Source of the DNA: Blastopirellula marina
GTDB lineage: Bacteria > Planctomycetota > Phycisphaerae > Sedimentisphaerales > UBA12454
Direction: 5' to 3'
Length of the DNA: 41,661 bases
NCBI GenBank assembly: GCA_020721975.1
Contig: DYLR01000002.1
Coordinates: forward strand, 1 to 41,661
Positions 27,247 to 37,915 of this stretch are shown here, in pieces. The notes under the pieces were generated by a model that had not been told where the DNA came from, made no database searches, and saw only the letters and a list, made by a program, of their open reading frames with translations. A program made the position numbers and the translations under genes. Each line of letters starts with the position of its first letter. Position 1 is the first letter of the stretch.

Positions 27247-28366
27247 TTATTTTTCTATTTTATTTTTACTTTCTGCGCGGTAGCGCAGGTATGCTTCAAT
27301 AAACGGTTCAATATCGCCGTCAAGCACGGCCTGTACATTACCGCTCTGAAAATCAGTGCGGTGATCTTTTATCATCTGATACGGCTGCAAAACATAACTG
27401 CGAATCTGATAGCCCCAGGCGATTTCGCCCTTGTCGCCGTACATTTTCGCAAGCTCGGCGTCGCGTTTCTGCTGCTGCATCATATAAAGTTTCGACTTGA
27501 GCATTCGCATTGCCTCGGCACGGTTCTTGTGCTGGCTGCGGTCGTTCTGGCACTGCACGACTATGCCTGTGGGAATATGCGTTATGCGAATTGCCGAGCT
27601 TACCTTGTTGACATTCTGTCCGCCCGGGCCGCTTGCGCGATAGGTATCGACCCGCAAATCCGCTTCATTAATTTCGATTTCAATGTCTTCGTATTCCGGG
27701 ATAACGTCAACGGCACAAAAACTTGTGTGCCGCCTTTTATTAGCGTCAAACGGGCTGATTCGCACAAGTCTGTGTACGCCGGCCTCGCAGCTTAATTTGC
27801 CGAATGCAAACGGGCCTTCAATTCGCATTGTAATTGAACGGATGCCCGCTTCTTCGCCGGGCGTGATGTCCATCTGTTCAAATTTGTAGCCGTTGTCCTG
27901 AAAATATCGCGTGTACATTCGCAGCAGCATTGACGCCCAGTCGCAGCTTTCGGTGCCGCCGGCGCCGGCGTGAATCGAGAAAAAGCACGGTTTGGAATCG
28001 TCCGGGCCGGACAGTGTGCCGGTTAGTTCTATCTGCCAGAGCTGTTTTTGCAGCGAAAGAATATCGCTTTCAAGCGAGCCAAGCGTCCGGCTGTCGTTTT
28101 CCGCCAGAGCTATTTCAAACAGTTCCTTTGTATCGGACAGTTTTTGGATAGCGGCGGCAGCCGGGTCGATAATGGTTTTTAATGCACTTAACTGCGTAAC
28201 GACTTTTTTGGCCGAGTCGGGATTATCCCAGAAATTCGGCAGCGACATTTGCTGTTCAAGTTCGTTTCGCTGGGTTTGTTTGCCCGGCAAGTCAAAGCCA
28301 GGCCAGGATGTTGGTCATCCGGGCCTGCAAATCGCTTATCGCCGATTTAAGTTCAAAAATTTCCAT
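27247..28366 (-). CDS. prfB: Peptide chain release factor 2, translated via a programmed +1 frameshift
   Basis: 24-codon leader from ATG 28366 ends CTT TGA C (28297-28291); the +1 frame contains GAGGTES.DWA, SPF and GGQ. Confidence 0.96.
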
Positions 28367-28417
28367 ATTCAAAACCAAAGCTGAAATAATAGTTATATAA
28401 TCACAGCCGCAGATTGT

Positions 28418-28530
28418 TCACGCCATACTCACCGACCGAATATTAAAAAAGGCATTTAAGCCCATCCCCGCTGTGTATGATCCAATAGCATTAATGGCTT
28501 CTATAATATCTTTCAGATAATGGTCGTTAA
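28418..28530 (-). pseudogene. Possible remnant of a DUF86/HepT-like N-terminus
   Basis: Startless frame reads DHYLKDIIEAINAIGSYTAGMGLNAF, resembling the YLxDIxEAIxxIxxYTxGM start of DUF86 proteins. Confidence 0.35.
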
Positions 28531-28676
28531 TATTGATTTATCTGTAAGGTCTTTCATTTCAAAAAGTTGCCATAAAATATCACTCGGACAGTATGCGCTA
28601 AAAATTGTGCTTTTTCAAGAAAAATTAAATTAGTGGTATTTGCCAAAACCCGTTCCGGCTGGTACACTATTGGCCT

Positions 28677-28701
28677 GCCCGCAGGCTGGGTTTGCGGGCT
28701 G
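28677..28701. repeat. REP-like palindrome upstream of the aldo/keto reductase
   Basis: gcccgcaggctgggtttgcgggct, similar to 22437-22463. Confidence 0.55.
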
Positions 28702-28732
28702 GATAGGCGATTATTTCTGGGGAATTCCTGCT

Positions 28733-29707
28733 ATGACAATGCGAATGAAAAGATTGGGCAAGACCGATTTGCAGATTTCCGCCGTTGGCCTTGGGGCTTG
28801 GGCGATGGGTGGGCCGTGGCTTTTCGGCTGGGGGCCGCAGGATGACAAAGATTCGCTCGAAGCCATTTTCGAGGCAATGGACTGCGGCATAAACTGGATA
28901 GACACCGCGGCCATCTATGGTCACGGCAGAAGCGAATGGATTATCGGCCATGCCCTGCGGGAAATGAAACGAAAGCCCCTGATTTTCACAAAGTGCGGCC
29001 TTTGCTGGGATGAAAAGTCCGAGCGCATACCGCGACTCAAACGCCAAAGTATAATGCAGGAATGCGAAGATTCGCTGCATCGGCTTGGCGTCGAGGCGAT
29101 TGATTTATATCAGATACATTATAATCAGCCGCCGGAAGATATTGAAGAAGCCTGGGCGACAATGGCCGATTTGAAACAGCAGGGAAAAGTCAGACATATC
29201 GGCCTGTCGAATTACGCCGTAGAGCAGATGCAGCAGCTTGAGAAAATTGAAACTGTCGAGACGCTCCAGCCGCCGTATAGTATGCTGCGAAGGGATTTTG
29301 AACAGGGTCTTGCCGACTATTGCAAAAAAAATGATATTGGCGTTATAATTTACAGCCCGATGCAGCGGGGGCTTTTGACGGGTAAATTCACCGCTGAGAA
29401 GGTTGCCGCTTTACCGCCCGGCGACAGTCGCAGAACCAATCCTGATTTTACAGAGCCGCGATTTAGTGTAACGCTTAAGCTTATTGAAAAACTAAAACCT
29501 CTTGCCGCTCGGCACGGCAGAACAACCGGCCAGTTGGCCGTTGCCTGGACGCTTGCCAATCCGGCCGTCAGTGCGGCGATTGTCGGGGCAAGACGCAAAG
29601 GCCAGATTGCCGAAACCGCACAGGCCGCCAACTGGCAACTGACCGAATCGGAACTAAATGAAATTGAAAAGTATTTGCAGGAATGGCAAAAAGAGATTGA
29701 AAAATGA
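28733..29707 (+). CDS. Aldo/keto reductase
   Basis: [56 protein letters not shown]. Start probably ATG 28733-28745. Confidence 0.93.
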   Translation: MTMRMKRLGKTDLQISAVGLGAWAMGGPWLFGWGPQDDKDSLEAIFEAMDCGINWIDTAAIYGHGRSEWIIGHALREMKRKPLIFTKCGLCWDEKSERIPRLKRQSIMQECEDSLHRLGVEAIDLYQIHYNQPPEDIEEAWATMADLKQQGKVRHIGLSNYAVEQMQQLEKIETVETLQPPYSMLRRDFEQGLADYCKKNDIGVIIYSPMQRGLLTGKFTAEKVAALPPGDSRRTNPDFTEPRFSVTLKLIEKLKPLAARHGRTTGQLAVAWTLANPAVSAAIVGARRKGQIAETAQAANWQLTESELNEIEKYLQEWQKEIEK

Positions 29708-31137
29708 TGAAGCAAAATAATATTTATACAAGTCCGCTGGTTGAGCGAAATGCCTCGGCGGAAATGGCCGAGCTTTTCGGCGCGCAAAAGAAGTTCAGCA
29801 CATGGCGACGACTCTGGCTGGAGCTTGCAAAGGCACAAAAATCGCTCGGCCTTGACATTACGCAGGTTCAGATAAATCAAATGGCTGCACATCTTGACGA
29901 TATAGATTTCAAAAAGGCCGCCAAATATGAAGAAAAATTCCGCCACGATGTAATGGCCCATATTCACGCCTTCGGCGACGTTGCGCCAAAGGCCGCGCCG
30001 ATAATTCACCTCGGCGCGACAAGCTGCTACGTGGGCGATAATGCCGATTTAATAATTATGCGCGACGCAATGCGAATAATCGCTGGAAAAATTGCATGCG
30101 TAATAGATAAGCTCTCGATATTTGCAAAACAATATCGTGCGGCGCCGACGCTGGGCTTTACGCATTATCAGCCCGCACAACTGACAACCGTCGGCAAGCG
30201 GGCAACGCTGTGGGCTTATGATTTCGCAGCAGACCTTGCCGAGATTGAACGCCGGATTGAAACAATGCCTTTCCGCGGAGTCAAAGGCACTACCGGCACG
30301 CAGGCCTCGTTTCTGGAGCTTTTCAACGGCAATCATAAAAAAGTTCTCGCCCTTGACCAAATGGTTACAAAGGCTTTCGGTTTTACACACAGCTGTAAAG
30401 TTGCCGGCCAGACCTATTCGCGCAAAATCGATACGTTGATTATCAATTCGCTTGCCGGCATCGCACAATCGGCGCATAAAATGTGCAATGATATTCGTCT
30501 GCTTGCGAACTTAAAGGAAATTGAAGAACCATTCGGTAAAAATCAAATAGGCTCGTCCGCAATGGCTTATAAACGCAATCCGATGCGCTGCGAACGGGCA
30601 ACGTCGCTTGCCCGGCTGGTGATTTCTCTTTCAACCAGCCCCGCAATGACTGCGAGCGAACAATGGCTCGAACGCACGCTTGACGATTCCGCAAATCGCC
30701 GAGTTGTGCTTCCTGAAGCGTTTCTTGCGACCGACGGCATTTTGGAAATTTTGATGAATGTTGCCGATGGTCTTGTGGTGTATCCAAAGGTGATAGCTGC
30801 TCACGTTGCCGCGGAACTGCCTTTTATGGCGACGGAAAATATTCTAATGGCTGCCGTAAAAGCAGGCGGCAATCGTCAGGAACTGCATGAAAAAATTCGC
30901 GTACATTCGCACGCCGCTGCAGCGGAAGTTAAACAATACGGCAGGGCAAATGATTTGATTGCAAGATTGAAAAATGACCCCGCCTTTGCAAAGGTTGATT
31001 TTACAAAAGTGCTGAATGCGAAGAATTATATCGGCCGAGCGCCGCAGCAGGTTGACGAATTTATCCGTGATATTGTAATTCCCATTCGCAGAAAATATAA
31101 AAATTCCCTGAATAAAACAGCAAAACTTAAAGTTTAA
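29704..31137 (+). CDS. purB: Adenylosuccinate lyase
   Basis: [36 protein letters not shown]. Confidence 0.96.
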   Translation: MMKQNNIYTSPLVERNASAEMAELFGAQKKFSTWRRLWLELAKAQKSLGLDITQVQINQMAAHLDDIDFKKAAKYEEKFRHDVMAHIHAFGDVAPKAAPIIHLGATSCYVGDNADLIIMRDAMRIIAGKIACVIDKLSIFAKQYRAAPTLGFTHYQPAQLTTVGKRATLWAYDFAADLAEIERRIETMPFRGVKGTTGTQASFLELFNGNHKKVLALDQMVTKAFGFTHSCKVAGQTYSRKIDTLIINSLAGIAQSAHKMCNDIRLLANLKEIEEPFGKNQIGSSAMAYKRNPMRCERATSLARLVISLSTSPAMTASEQWLERTLDDSANRRVVLPEAFLATDGILEILMNVADGLVVYPKVIAAHVAAELPFMATENILMAAVKAGGNRQELHEKIRVHSHAAAAEVKQYGRANDLIARLKNDPAFAKVDFTKVLNAKNYIGRAPQQVDEFIRDIVIPIRRKYKNSLNKTAKLKV

Positions 31138-31193
31138 TTTTTAGATCTGCGGGAAAGTTCGCAGGGTTTTGATAATAAAACGAAAGGATTCCA

Positions 31194-31718
31194 ATGACAC
31201 GTGAGCAGCTGATTAAACGCATCAAGGCCGTTGCGTATCTCGAAGGCGATTTTATTCTCCGCAGCGGCAAACGCAGCAAATATTATCTGGATAAATATTT
31301 ATTTGAGACCCAGCCGGATATTCTCAAGGCCCTCGGCGTTGAATTTGCAAAATATGTTACCCCTGACGTTACGCTGATTGCCGGTGCGGAACTGGGCGGT
31401 ATTGCCCTTGCCGCGGCCTGCGCAATGGAAGCCGGAAAGCCCTGGATAATCGTTCGCAACAGCAAAAAAGATTACGGCACAGGCAAACTTATCGAAGGTG
31501 TGATTAAAAAGGGCGATGTGGTTCTTTTGGTTGAGGATATTGCAACTACCGGCGGCCAGGTGCTTGAAGCGGCAAAAGTGATAACCGAAGCGGGCGGGAA
31601 AATTAAAAAAATTGTTGCCACAATCGACCGCAAACAAGGCGCCGAGGAAAACATTACCGCCGCAGGTTATAAATTTGAAAGTCTGTTCACAAAACTCGAC
31701 CTCGGCATCACGGACTAA
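31194..31718 (+). CDS. pyrE: Orotate phosphoribosyltransferase
   Basis: GDF.LRSGK.S.YY.D, RNSKKDYG, VEDIATTGG. Confidence 0.92.
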   Translation: MTREQLIKRIKAVAYLEGDFILRSGKRSKYYLDKYLFETQPDILKALGVEFAKYVTPDVTLIAGAELGGIALAAACAMEAGKPWIIVRNSKKDYGTGKLIEGVIKKGDVVLLVEDIATTGGQVLEAAKVITEAGGKIKKIVATIDRKQGAEENITAAGYKFESLFTKLDLGITD

Positions 31719-31740
31719 TTATGCGGTATATGTCGTAGCA

Positions 31741-33105
31741 TCATTCCCACTCGTTTTGCATCCACTGGCTGCAAAGAATCGCGAAATCTTCAAGGTTCAC
31801 ATAGCAGTCGCCGTTAATATCGCCCGGCACAGGGTCGCTCTTGCACGGCGGCCAATACGCCATCCAGTAATACGCCATCTGCTCAAGGTCGAGCATATTT
31901 ACCTGCCCGTCATCAACGATATCCGCTGTCAAAGTTTTCCCTGTATGAGTTATTACCGTAAGGCCGTCCCACTCATTACCTCCTGGGTTGGATATTTTGA
32001 CAAAGCCGCGATAAAAACCGCCGTCATCTCTATAGCCGATAATACAATATTCGCCGTCTGGTGCACCGGAAATATTCTCCCAAAATTCGGTTCCGCCTGT
32101 TGTCCAGCCGCCGTAGTAATATTGATTATTTGAACCTCTTACGGCATCAACCGGAATCGGCTGATGAGAAACAATTACATAATATGGATAGTTCCCGCTT
32201 ACTGTGAGCGAAGAACTGTTCTGCGATTCACCGAGTTTTACATAGTCGGTATTTTGAATGTTATGATAATATTCCCACCAGTTTCCATAAATATTATAAT
32301 CTGTACTTCCACCCCAGACCTCATAAACAATCCACGGCTGACCGACGGTAAAATTGATATATGAACAGGCTGTTTTGCCACACCAGTATCCGATGCCGTT
32401 AGCGTTGACCTGATATTCATAATTGTCAAAGTACAGGGTTGCTTCCCATAATCCTGCCGCAAGCTGCAATGGCCCGACTGATGTTGTCAATTTGTTTAAT
32501 TCCTGGTTGAAATAGGTCTGGTCATCATTTAACTCCAGCTCAAAGTATATGCTTTTCGCATTAGGGTCTGTACAGCTTTGCCATGTTGCCGTCAGCGGGG
32601 AACTGATACTCGTAAAATCGGCAGGCGATGTAAATATTGGTTTTTGTACCGGCTGAGGTATCGGCTGCGAGGTCTGGCTGTCGCCATAATAGAAACTCGC
32701 CATCTGTGCGCCGCCGGAAGTATAATGTAGAACCACGGCATACCATCCGTCGCCGAACTGCGATAATCCGCTCATGTCCGCAGCTTCTTTTTTAAGTTCC
32801 CAGCACCAGGCCTGTTCCTGTTCATCCCAGTTTCGTTCAGTCCAGACCTGATTAACATCATCCCATGTGCCGGTGGTATTGGGAATCAGAAATGTATAAC
32901 CGACCGGTGTTGTGAATTCGATATAACCAACTTCATCGTCGGTGTACATTTCAATATCGATGTTGCAACTGACTGGCGCATACCCGCCGTTGGGATATTC
33001 AAGTTCCGTCCATATCGACACTAAAAACAGATGCTCTTCCGCCTCGGCCCGGCAAACACTGCAAAAGGCAAATACAACCAGCAAAACAAAAGCATACTTA
33101 CTCAT
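31741..33105 (-). CDS. Secreted protein with C-terminal dockerin-like Ca2+-binding repeats
   Basis: Signal peptide MSKYAFVLLVVFAFCSVCRA; C-terminal ADIVDDGQVNMLDL...W and GDINGDCYVNLEDFAILCSQW. Confidence 0.8.
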   Translation of the reverse strand: MSKYAFVLLVVFAFCSVCRAEAEEHLFLVSIWTELEYPNGGYAPVSCNIDIEMYTDDEVGYIEFTTPVGYTFLIPNTTGTWDDVNQVWTERNWDEQEQAWCWELKKEAADMSGLSQFGDGWYAVVLHYTSGGAQMASFYYGDSQTSQPIPQPVQKPIFTSPADFTSISSPLTATWQSCTDPNAKSIYFELELNDDQTYFNQELNKLTTSVGPLQLAAGLWEATLYFDNYEYQVNANGIGYWCGKTACSYINFTVGQPWIVYEVWGGSTDYNIYGNWWEYYHNIQNTDYVKLGESQNSSSLTVSGNYPYYVIVSHQPIPVDAVRGSNNQYYYGGWTTGGTEFWENISGAPDGEYCIIGYRDDGGFYRGFVKISNPGGNEWDGLTVITHTGKTLTADIVDDGQVNMLDLEQMAYYWMAYWPPCKSDPVPGDINGDCYVNLEDFAILCSQWMQNEWE

Positions 33106-33221
33106 CCGACACCTCATAATTCCCCGACCAGCTTATATTATTTGCTTGAATATTTCTCCGCAAAGTATTTATTTTAACAATCGTGCGTGATAAATTCAAT
33201 ATGGGAGCAAAAACAGTGCGC

Positions 33222-33261
33222 AAAAAGAGATACCGACAGCTCCTGAATCTGTCGGTATCTC
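33222..33261 (-). terminator. Intrinsic terminator
   Basis: gagataccgacag-attcaggag-ctgtcggtatctc-ttttt on the minus strand (13-bp perfect stem). Confidence 0.8.
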
Positions 33262-33304
33262 AAAATCGACGTATGAAGAAGTTAATGGCAATTAGTATTA
33301 CATA

Positions 33305-33425
33305 GTATCCATCCCTGATATTCGACCCCGAAGGGTGTTTTCCCATTTTTGTTGCGGCCGCAACCCAAAACCCTCGGCTCAGCAGTTTTGCCCACTTATA
33401 TCGGGCTTAACCATCATCCCCCCTG
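33305..33425 (-). ncRNA. Candidate structured RNA/leader (family not identified)
   Basis: Series of hairpins including ACCC-UUCG-GGGU, GUUGCGGCCGCAAC, CAAAAC/GUUUUG and GCCC/GGGC, upstream of a terminator. Confidence 0.3.
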
Positions 33426-33530
33426 TTTGAAGCTCCAGATAAAATATAATAAATAAATCGTTGAAAGGCAAAATGAGCAAGACAAACGGGTTAACCCGCA
33501 TTGTGTTCAAGACCTCGTGATAAATGTGGT

Positions 33531-34283
33531 TTAAATACGGCCAAGAAAACTCACAAGGCCGTCAAGAATTGTATAAGGGTGAGGCGGGCAGCCGGGTATA
33601 TACAAATCCACCGGCACAATATCGTCAGCGCCGTTGCATGTTTCTGCATGTCCGCGGTATATTCCGCCTGAAATTGCACATGCCCCGACGGCTATTACAA
33701 ATTTGGGTGATGGAACTGCGTCATAAGTTTTTTTCAGGGCCAGATTCATATTTTTCGTTACGGGGCCGGTAACAAGTATTCCGTCGCAGTGCCGCGGCGA
33801 AGCCACAAACTGAATTCCGAATCTGCCGAGGTCGAAGGCAAGCGTTGTAAGCACATTAGTGTCGGCTTCACAGGCATTGCATCCGCCTGCACTGACCTGA
33901 CGAAGTTTTAATGACCGTCCGAAGATTCTTCTGCTTTGTCTGTCGAGCATTTTCACAAGTTTTGCTTCTTTATCACAGTACAGCAGGTCATCGCGCCTTG
34001 TCGCGGCAAGACGATAATCTCCTGAAAACTCTATAGCGCCGGATGAACATATCCGGCTGCATTCTCTGCAAAAAATACATTTGCCCATATCGATATAAAT
34101 TTGGTTATTCTTCAGGGCTATTGCGCCGGTCGGACAAATATTTTCGCATGCTCGGCACTGATTGCATTTATCGCAATGTAAAACCGGCCTGCCTGCGAAC
34201 CGCTCCGGCATAATCGGCGGTTTTGCCGGAAACGGATAAGTGCGATAACCCTGTTTTATTCGCGATATTAAGGCTTTAAGCAT
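33531..34283 (-). CDS. Ehr complex small subunit: 2[4Fe-4S] ferredoxin fused to a NuoB/HyfI-like domain
   Basis: C..C..C...CP and C..C..C...C; GGCNACE, SPRH.D, GAC...GG, IPGCPP.P. Confidence 0.88.
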   Translation of the reverse strand: MLKALISRIKQGYRTYPFPAKPPIMPERFAGRPVLHCDKCNQCRACENICPTGAIALKNNQIYIDMGKCIFCRECSRICSSGAIEFSGDYRLAATRRDDLLYCDKEAKLVKMLDRQSRRIFGRSLKLRQVSAGGCNACEADTNVLTTLAFDLGRFGIQFVASPRHCDGILVTGPVTKNMNLALKKTYDAVPSPKFVIAVGACAISGGIYRGHAETCNGADDIVPVDLYIPGCPPHPYTILDGLVSFLGRI

Positions 34284-34290
34284 AATAACC

Positions 34291-35808
34291 TCACAGGTCG
34301 TGTCCGCAGTAGGAAAGATTGAAACTTTTATTGCACAGCGGAAAATCGGATATCTGCTGATTTCTCATCGCCACAGCCAGACCCATCCAGTTATGAAATG
34401 ACGGGTCGATGATTTTATAGCGGACAAATTGTCCTTCGGCATCGGTTACGGCAATATGACAGATTTCTCCGCGCCAGCCTTCAACCATTGCCGCTGCGAT
34501 TTTGTTCGGCGCTGCAGGCGGTATTTCGGTTTGTACAGGGCCGCTGGGCATTGTGTCAAGCTGGTTTTGAATAAATGCTGCGCTGTGCTGTATTTCCAGC
34601 CATCGAACATACGCGCGAGCAAAAACATCTGCCGTATCCCATGTAGCAACCGGTATCTGGTTGAATCGGTATATACCGCAGGCAAAATTATATCGGCAGT
34701 CCTGATTAAGTCCGCAGGCACGGGCTGCCGGACCTACAAGTCCCAGCTTTGCGGCAAGCTGCTTCGATAATTTGCCGGTATCGTCAAAACGGCTCAGTAC
34801 GGACGGAGTTGTCCAAAGGCAGTTGACGGCATTGGCTACATCTTTGACAGCGGCTGTCAGGCGTTTGCGCAGTTCGTCGATATGCCGTTTTTCTATGTCA
34901 AAATTTGTTCCGCCGGGGCGGACAAAATTTCGTCCGAAACGATTACCGCAAAGGACAGCCGTCATATTCAGGAAATCGCCTCGCAAACGTCCGCAAAACG
35001 ACGCTGTGGGCAGATAACCGATATCGCCGGCCATTGCTCCGAGGTCGCCGGTGTGGTTAGCCAGCCGCTCAAATTCGAGGGCAATTCCGCGCAGACAATG
35101 CGCCCTGGCCGGAGCAGAGCAATTGCTCAAAGCTTCAAGAAGATGGCAGTATGCCAGGGTATGTCCTGTTGTAGTGTCTCCGGCAGCGGTTTGAATATAA
35201 TGAATCAGCCTGTTATGAGGCCGGCCTGTTATCTGTCGTTCGATTCCGCGGTGCTGATAGCCTAATGATATTTCCAGATGCAGAACATTTTCACCGTTGC
35301 ACTGGAAGCGAAAATGTCCCGGCTCGATAATACCGGCGTGTACGGGTCCGACCGCAACTTCATGTATCTCGCTGCCTTCGATACGGAAAAAATCCGTAAC
35401 GCCCGGCTGAATCTGCGCGTCGCCGGAACTGTTCCATAAATTACGATGTGTCCAGGACTGATGAAAACGTATCGGCTTAAGCCACGGATGGCCGTCGGGG
35501 CGGATTCCGAATTGTTCGGCAATTTCACGTTCGAACCAGTGTGCCTGCGGACAATCCGGCGTCAATGAAGGATAATTTTCCCGTACAGCCGTCCCTGCCA
35601 GATGCAATATTCCCTGGTGGTCGTCCGCAAGAACAGCTATTAGTTTCACCGTGTCGTTATTCTGCGGCAGACCAAAAAGTGCGGCAATACGTTTGCCGTC
35701 ATTGACTTCATTTATGACGATATTCCTAAAATCCTCGACAGGCAAACACGGCAGTGCGTTCGCATCGGCTGTTCTGCAATTATAAAGGCTAAGCATTCGG
35801 CGGCTCAT
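34291..35808 (-). CDS. Ehr complex large subunit (NuoC/D-, HycE/HyfG-like; lacks Ni-binding CxxC motifs)
   Basis: WFERE, VGPVHAGIIEPGHFRF, YQHRG.E, EGWRGE, DPSFHNW. AAGDTT and DFPLCNKSFNLSY replace RxCGxC and DPCxxC. Confidence 0.88.
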   Translation of the reverse strand: MSRRMLSLYNCRTADANALPCLPVEDFRNIVINEVNDGKRIAALFGLPQNNDTVKLIAVLADDHQGILHLAGTAVRENYPSLTPDCPQAHWFEREIAEQFGIRPDGHPWLKPIRFHQSWTHRNLWNSSGDAQIQPGVTDFFRIEGSEIHEVAVGPVHAGIIEPGHFRFQCNGENVLHLEISLGYQHRGIERQITGRPHNRLIHYIQTAAGDTTTGHTLAYCHLLEALSNCSAPARAHCLRGIALEFERLANHTGDLGAMAGDIGYLPTASFCGRLRGDFLNMTAVLCGNRFGRNFVRPGGTNFDIEKRHIDELRKRLTAAVKDVANAVNCLWTTPSVLSRFDDTGKLSKQLAAKLGLVGPAARACGLNQDCRYNFACGIYRFNQIPVATWDTADVFARAYVRWLEIQHSAAFIQNQLDTMPSGPVQTEIPPAAPNKIAAAMVEGWRGEICHIAVTDAEGQFVRYKIIDPSFHNWMGLAVAMRNQQISDFPLCNKSFNLSYCGHDL

Positions 35809-37276
35809 TAGCGGCCTCCCAGCAAACCGGCAATATGATGCAGCAGGCTGTTCAGACCCGGCGGTACATATACTCCCAGCATAAGAGTTGCCAGTATCAA
35901 CACCGCCGGCGGCACAATTGAAAAAATCCGCTCGCCGCCGGTGCGAACAGGCTTTATATTTCTGCCCTGCGCCATTCGCAGCGCAATGGCGGAGATACCG
36001 ATGAAAATAATTGCCAAAAGCACAAGATATGCCGACGCGACGGCATAATGTCCGCCGTCAATGCCTGCCTTGAGAATTAAAAATTCGCTCAGAAATATTC
36101 CAAACGGCGGAAAGCCTGTAATAGCCAGTATCCCTGCCGTCCATAACAGCCCGGATGCGGTATCGTCAAAAACAGCCCTCGTACATCGCCGGCAGTTTTG
36201 GTTTTATACGCGGCAAGAATATTCCCTGAAACCATAAACAAAGCCGCCTTGGTAAGAGAATGATTTACTGCGTACAGCATTGAGCCGAATACCGCCGCGC
36301 CGCCCAGCCCGACGCCGAGGGCGAGAATGCCGATATGCTCAACGCTCGAATATGCAAGCATACGTTTATAGTCCGCCTGACCAATCATAAACACTGCTGC
36401 AAATGTCATGGATACAAGCCCGAAAAGCGCCAGAAGGTCCCGTGCAAAGGCCGTATGTCCTGCGGCGGCGGTTACTTCAAATGCCCTGAGAATACCGACA
36501 AAGGCACAGTTGAGCAAAGCTCCCGAAAGAAGCGCCGACACAAGAGACGGCGCTTCGGAATGCGCGTCCGGCAGCCAGGTGTGCAAAGGAGCAAGACCCA
36601 TTTTTGTGCCGTAGCCCACCAGAAAAAATATAAAAGCCGCCCTGATCCACGGCGCCCATAGCCGTGAGGCTCCTGCGAGAAGGTCGCTGCGAACAAGCGG
36701 TATCGACTCTCCGTTATCAGCCGATGCGGCAATAGCAAGAAAAAAATTACCAAGAAGGGATACGGCAATGCCCACCGAACAGATTAAAAGATATTTCCAT
36801 GTCGCCTCAAGCGAACGGTGATGACGGTGAAAATAAATCAGCGGCGCAGTTACCAGCGTCGTCGCTTCCATTGCCACCCATAACATACCAAAGTTTTGAC
36901 TGGTAATGACAACCGTCATTGTTGTAAGGAACATAAGCAGACAGCCGGTAAAAGCGGCCTCGGGAGCATTGACAAAAAAAAGACCTTCTTCGGCATTATC
37001 ATTTTGGCTGTGCCGCTCGGCGCCAAGATAGGCTGTTGCGTACAGCGAAGCCGCAAGAAACAAAACGTCTGTGATGGTCAAAAACAATTGTGCGAGAGGA
37101 TCGACTGCGAACCAGCCGCCGAGTATCGGCGAGGGCGTATGAATCCAGCATGTCGCAGTAATTGCCGTATGGCAGACAGCAGCGGACACCAGAAGGGTGC
37201 GCCTTGGACCGTCGATTCGTATGAGCAAACTCATCAAAGCGGCGGCAAACGGTATAAATAATAATGCCCATATCAT
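35808..37276 (-). pseudogene. hyfF: HyfF-like (EhrD) antiporter-type membrane subunit, frameshifted
   Basis: EATT, GYGTK.GLAP.H.WLPDAHSEAP, KRMLAYSS.EH. After ...LTIP (~36158) the family-like sequence ASGLLWTAGILAITGFPPFGIFLSEF continues in another frame into ORF 35808-36023. Confidence 0.8.
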
Positions 37277-37279
37277 CGT

Positions 37280-37912
37280 TTAGTTCCTCAATATGCTAAG
37301 CTGGTCGGTATCTATATGGTCAAATTGTCGGCTGATATGGAAGATTGCTATACCCATTACGAATACTCCCACAAATACATCGAGCAAAATACCCAGTTCA
37401 ATCAGCAGCGGCTGCTGGTTTGCGATTGCCATACCAAAGGCGTAAATGCCGTTTTCAAGCACCAGATACCCTAATACCTGCGTCAGTGCCTTTTTGCGGC
37501 TGATAATAATATACAGCCCTACAATCAGCGTGAACAACGCCACAGGAATAAGCATTGGAGAATGAACACTGAACGGCATAGGCAGGCGCGTGCTTATCCA
37601 GTATGAAAACCCAAGTGCAACCGGTCCTGTCAGCAGTGACAGACCATATCCGACATAAGGTTCATCTTCACGCCAGACATTTAGCTGCCGCAGTGTTCGC
37701 CAAAGCATATAGGGAAATACGATGCCTTTTAAGGTTACACTCAGTACGGTAAATATAAGCAGTTGCGGCTCGAAACTGTGAATAAGCAGAGGCAACACAC
37801 CGAGAGCCACACCCTGCGCAGCCACGACACGAATACATACGCGCAGTCTGCTGCTTCCCAAAACAACCATGTTCGTAAGTATCAGCAGCACCATTATAAT
37901 ATCTGTCCGCAC
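37280..37912 (-). CDS. hyfE: HyfE-like (EhrC) membrane subunit
   Basis: Hydrophobic; RKKALTQVLGYLVLENG, IELGILLDV, L..LR C-terminus. Confidence 0.88.
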   Translation of the reverse strand: MRTDIIMVLLILTNMVVLGSSRLRVCIRVVAAQGVALGVLPLLIHSFEPQLLIFTVLSVTLKGIVFPYMLWRTLRQLNVWREDEPYVGYGLSLLTGPVALGFSYWISTRLPMPFSVHSPMLIPVALFTLIVGLYIIISRKKALTQVLGYLVLENGIYAFGMAIANQQPLLIELGILLDVFVGVFVMGIAIFHISRQFDHIDTDQLSILRN

Positions 37913-37915
37913 AGC

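Noticed and set aside
33340-33400. c-di-GMP-I, c-di-AMP, T-box or TPP riboswitch assignment
   Set aside because: Only short partial matches and the key conserved segments are missing; kept only as an unassigned candidate
34291-35808. Bona fide [NiFe]-hydrogenase or formate hydrogenlyase
   Set aside because: Both Ni-ligating CxxC motifs are absent
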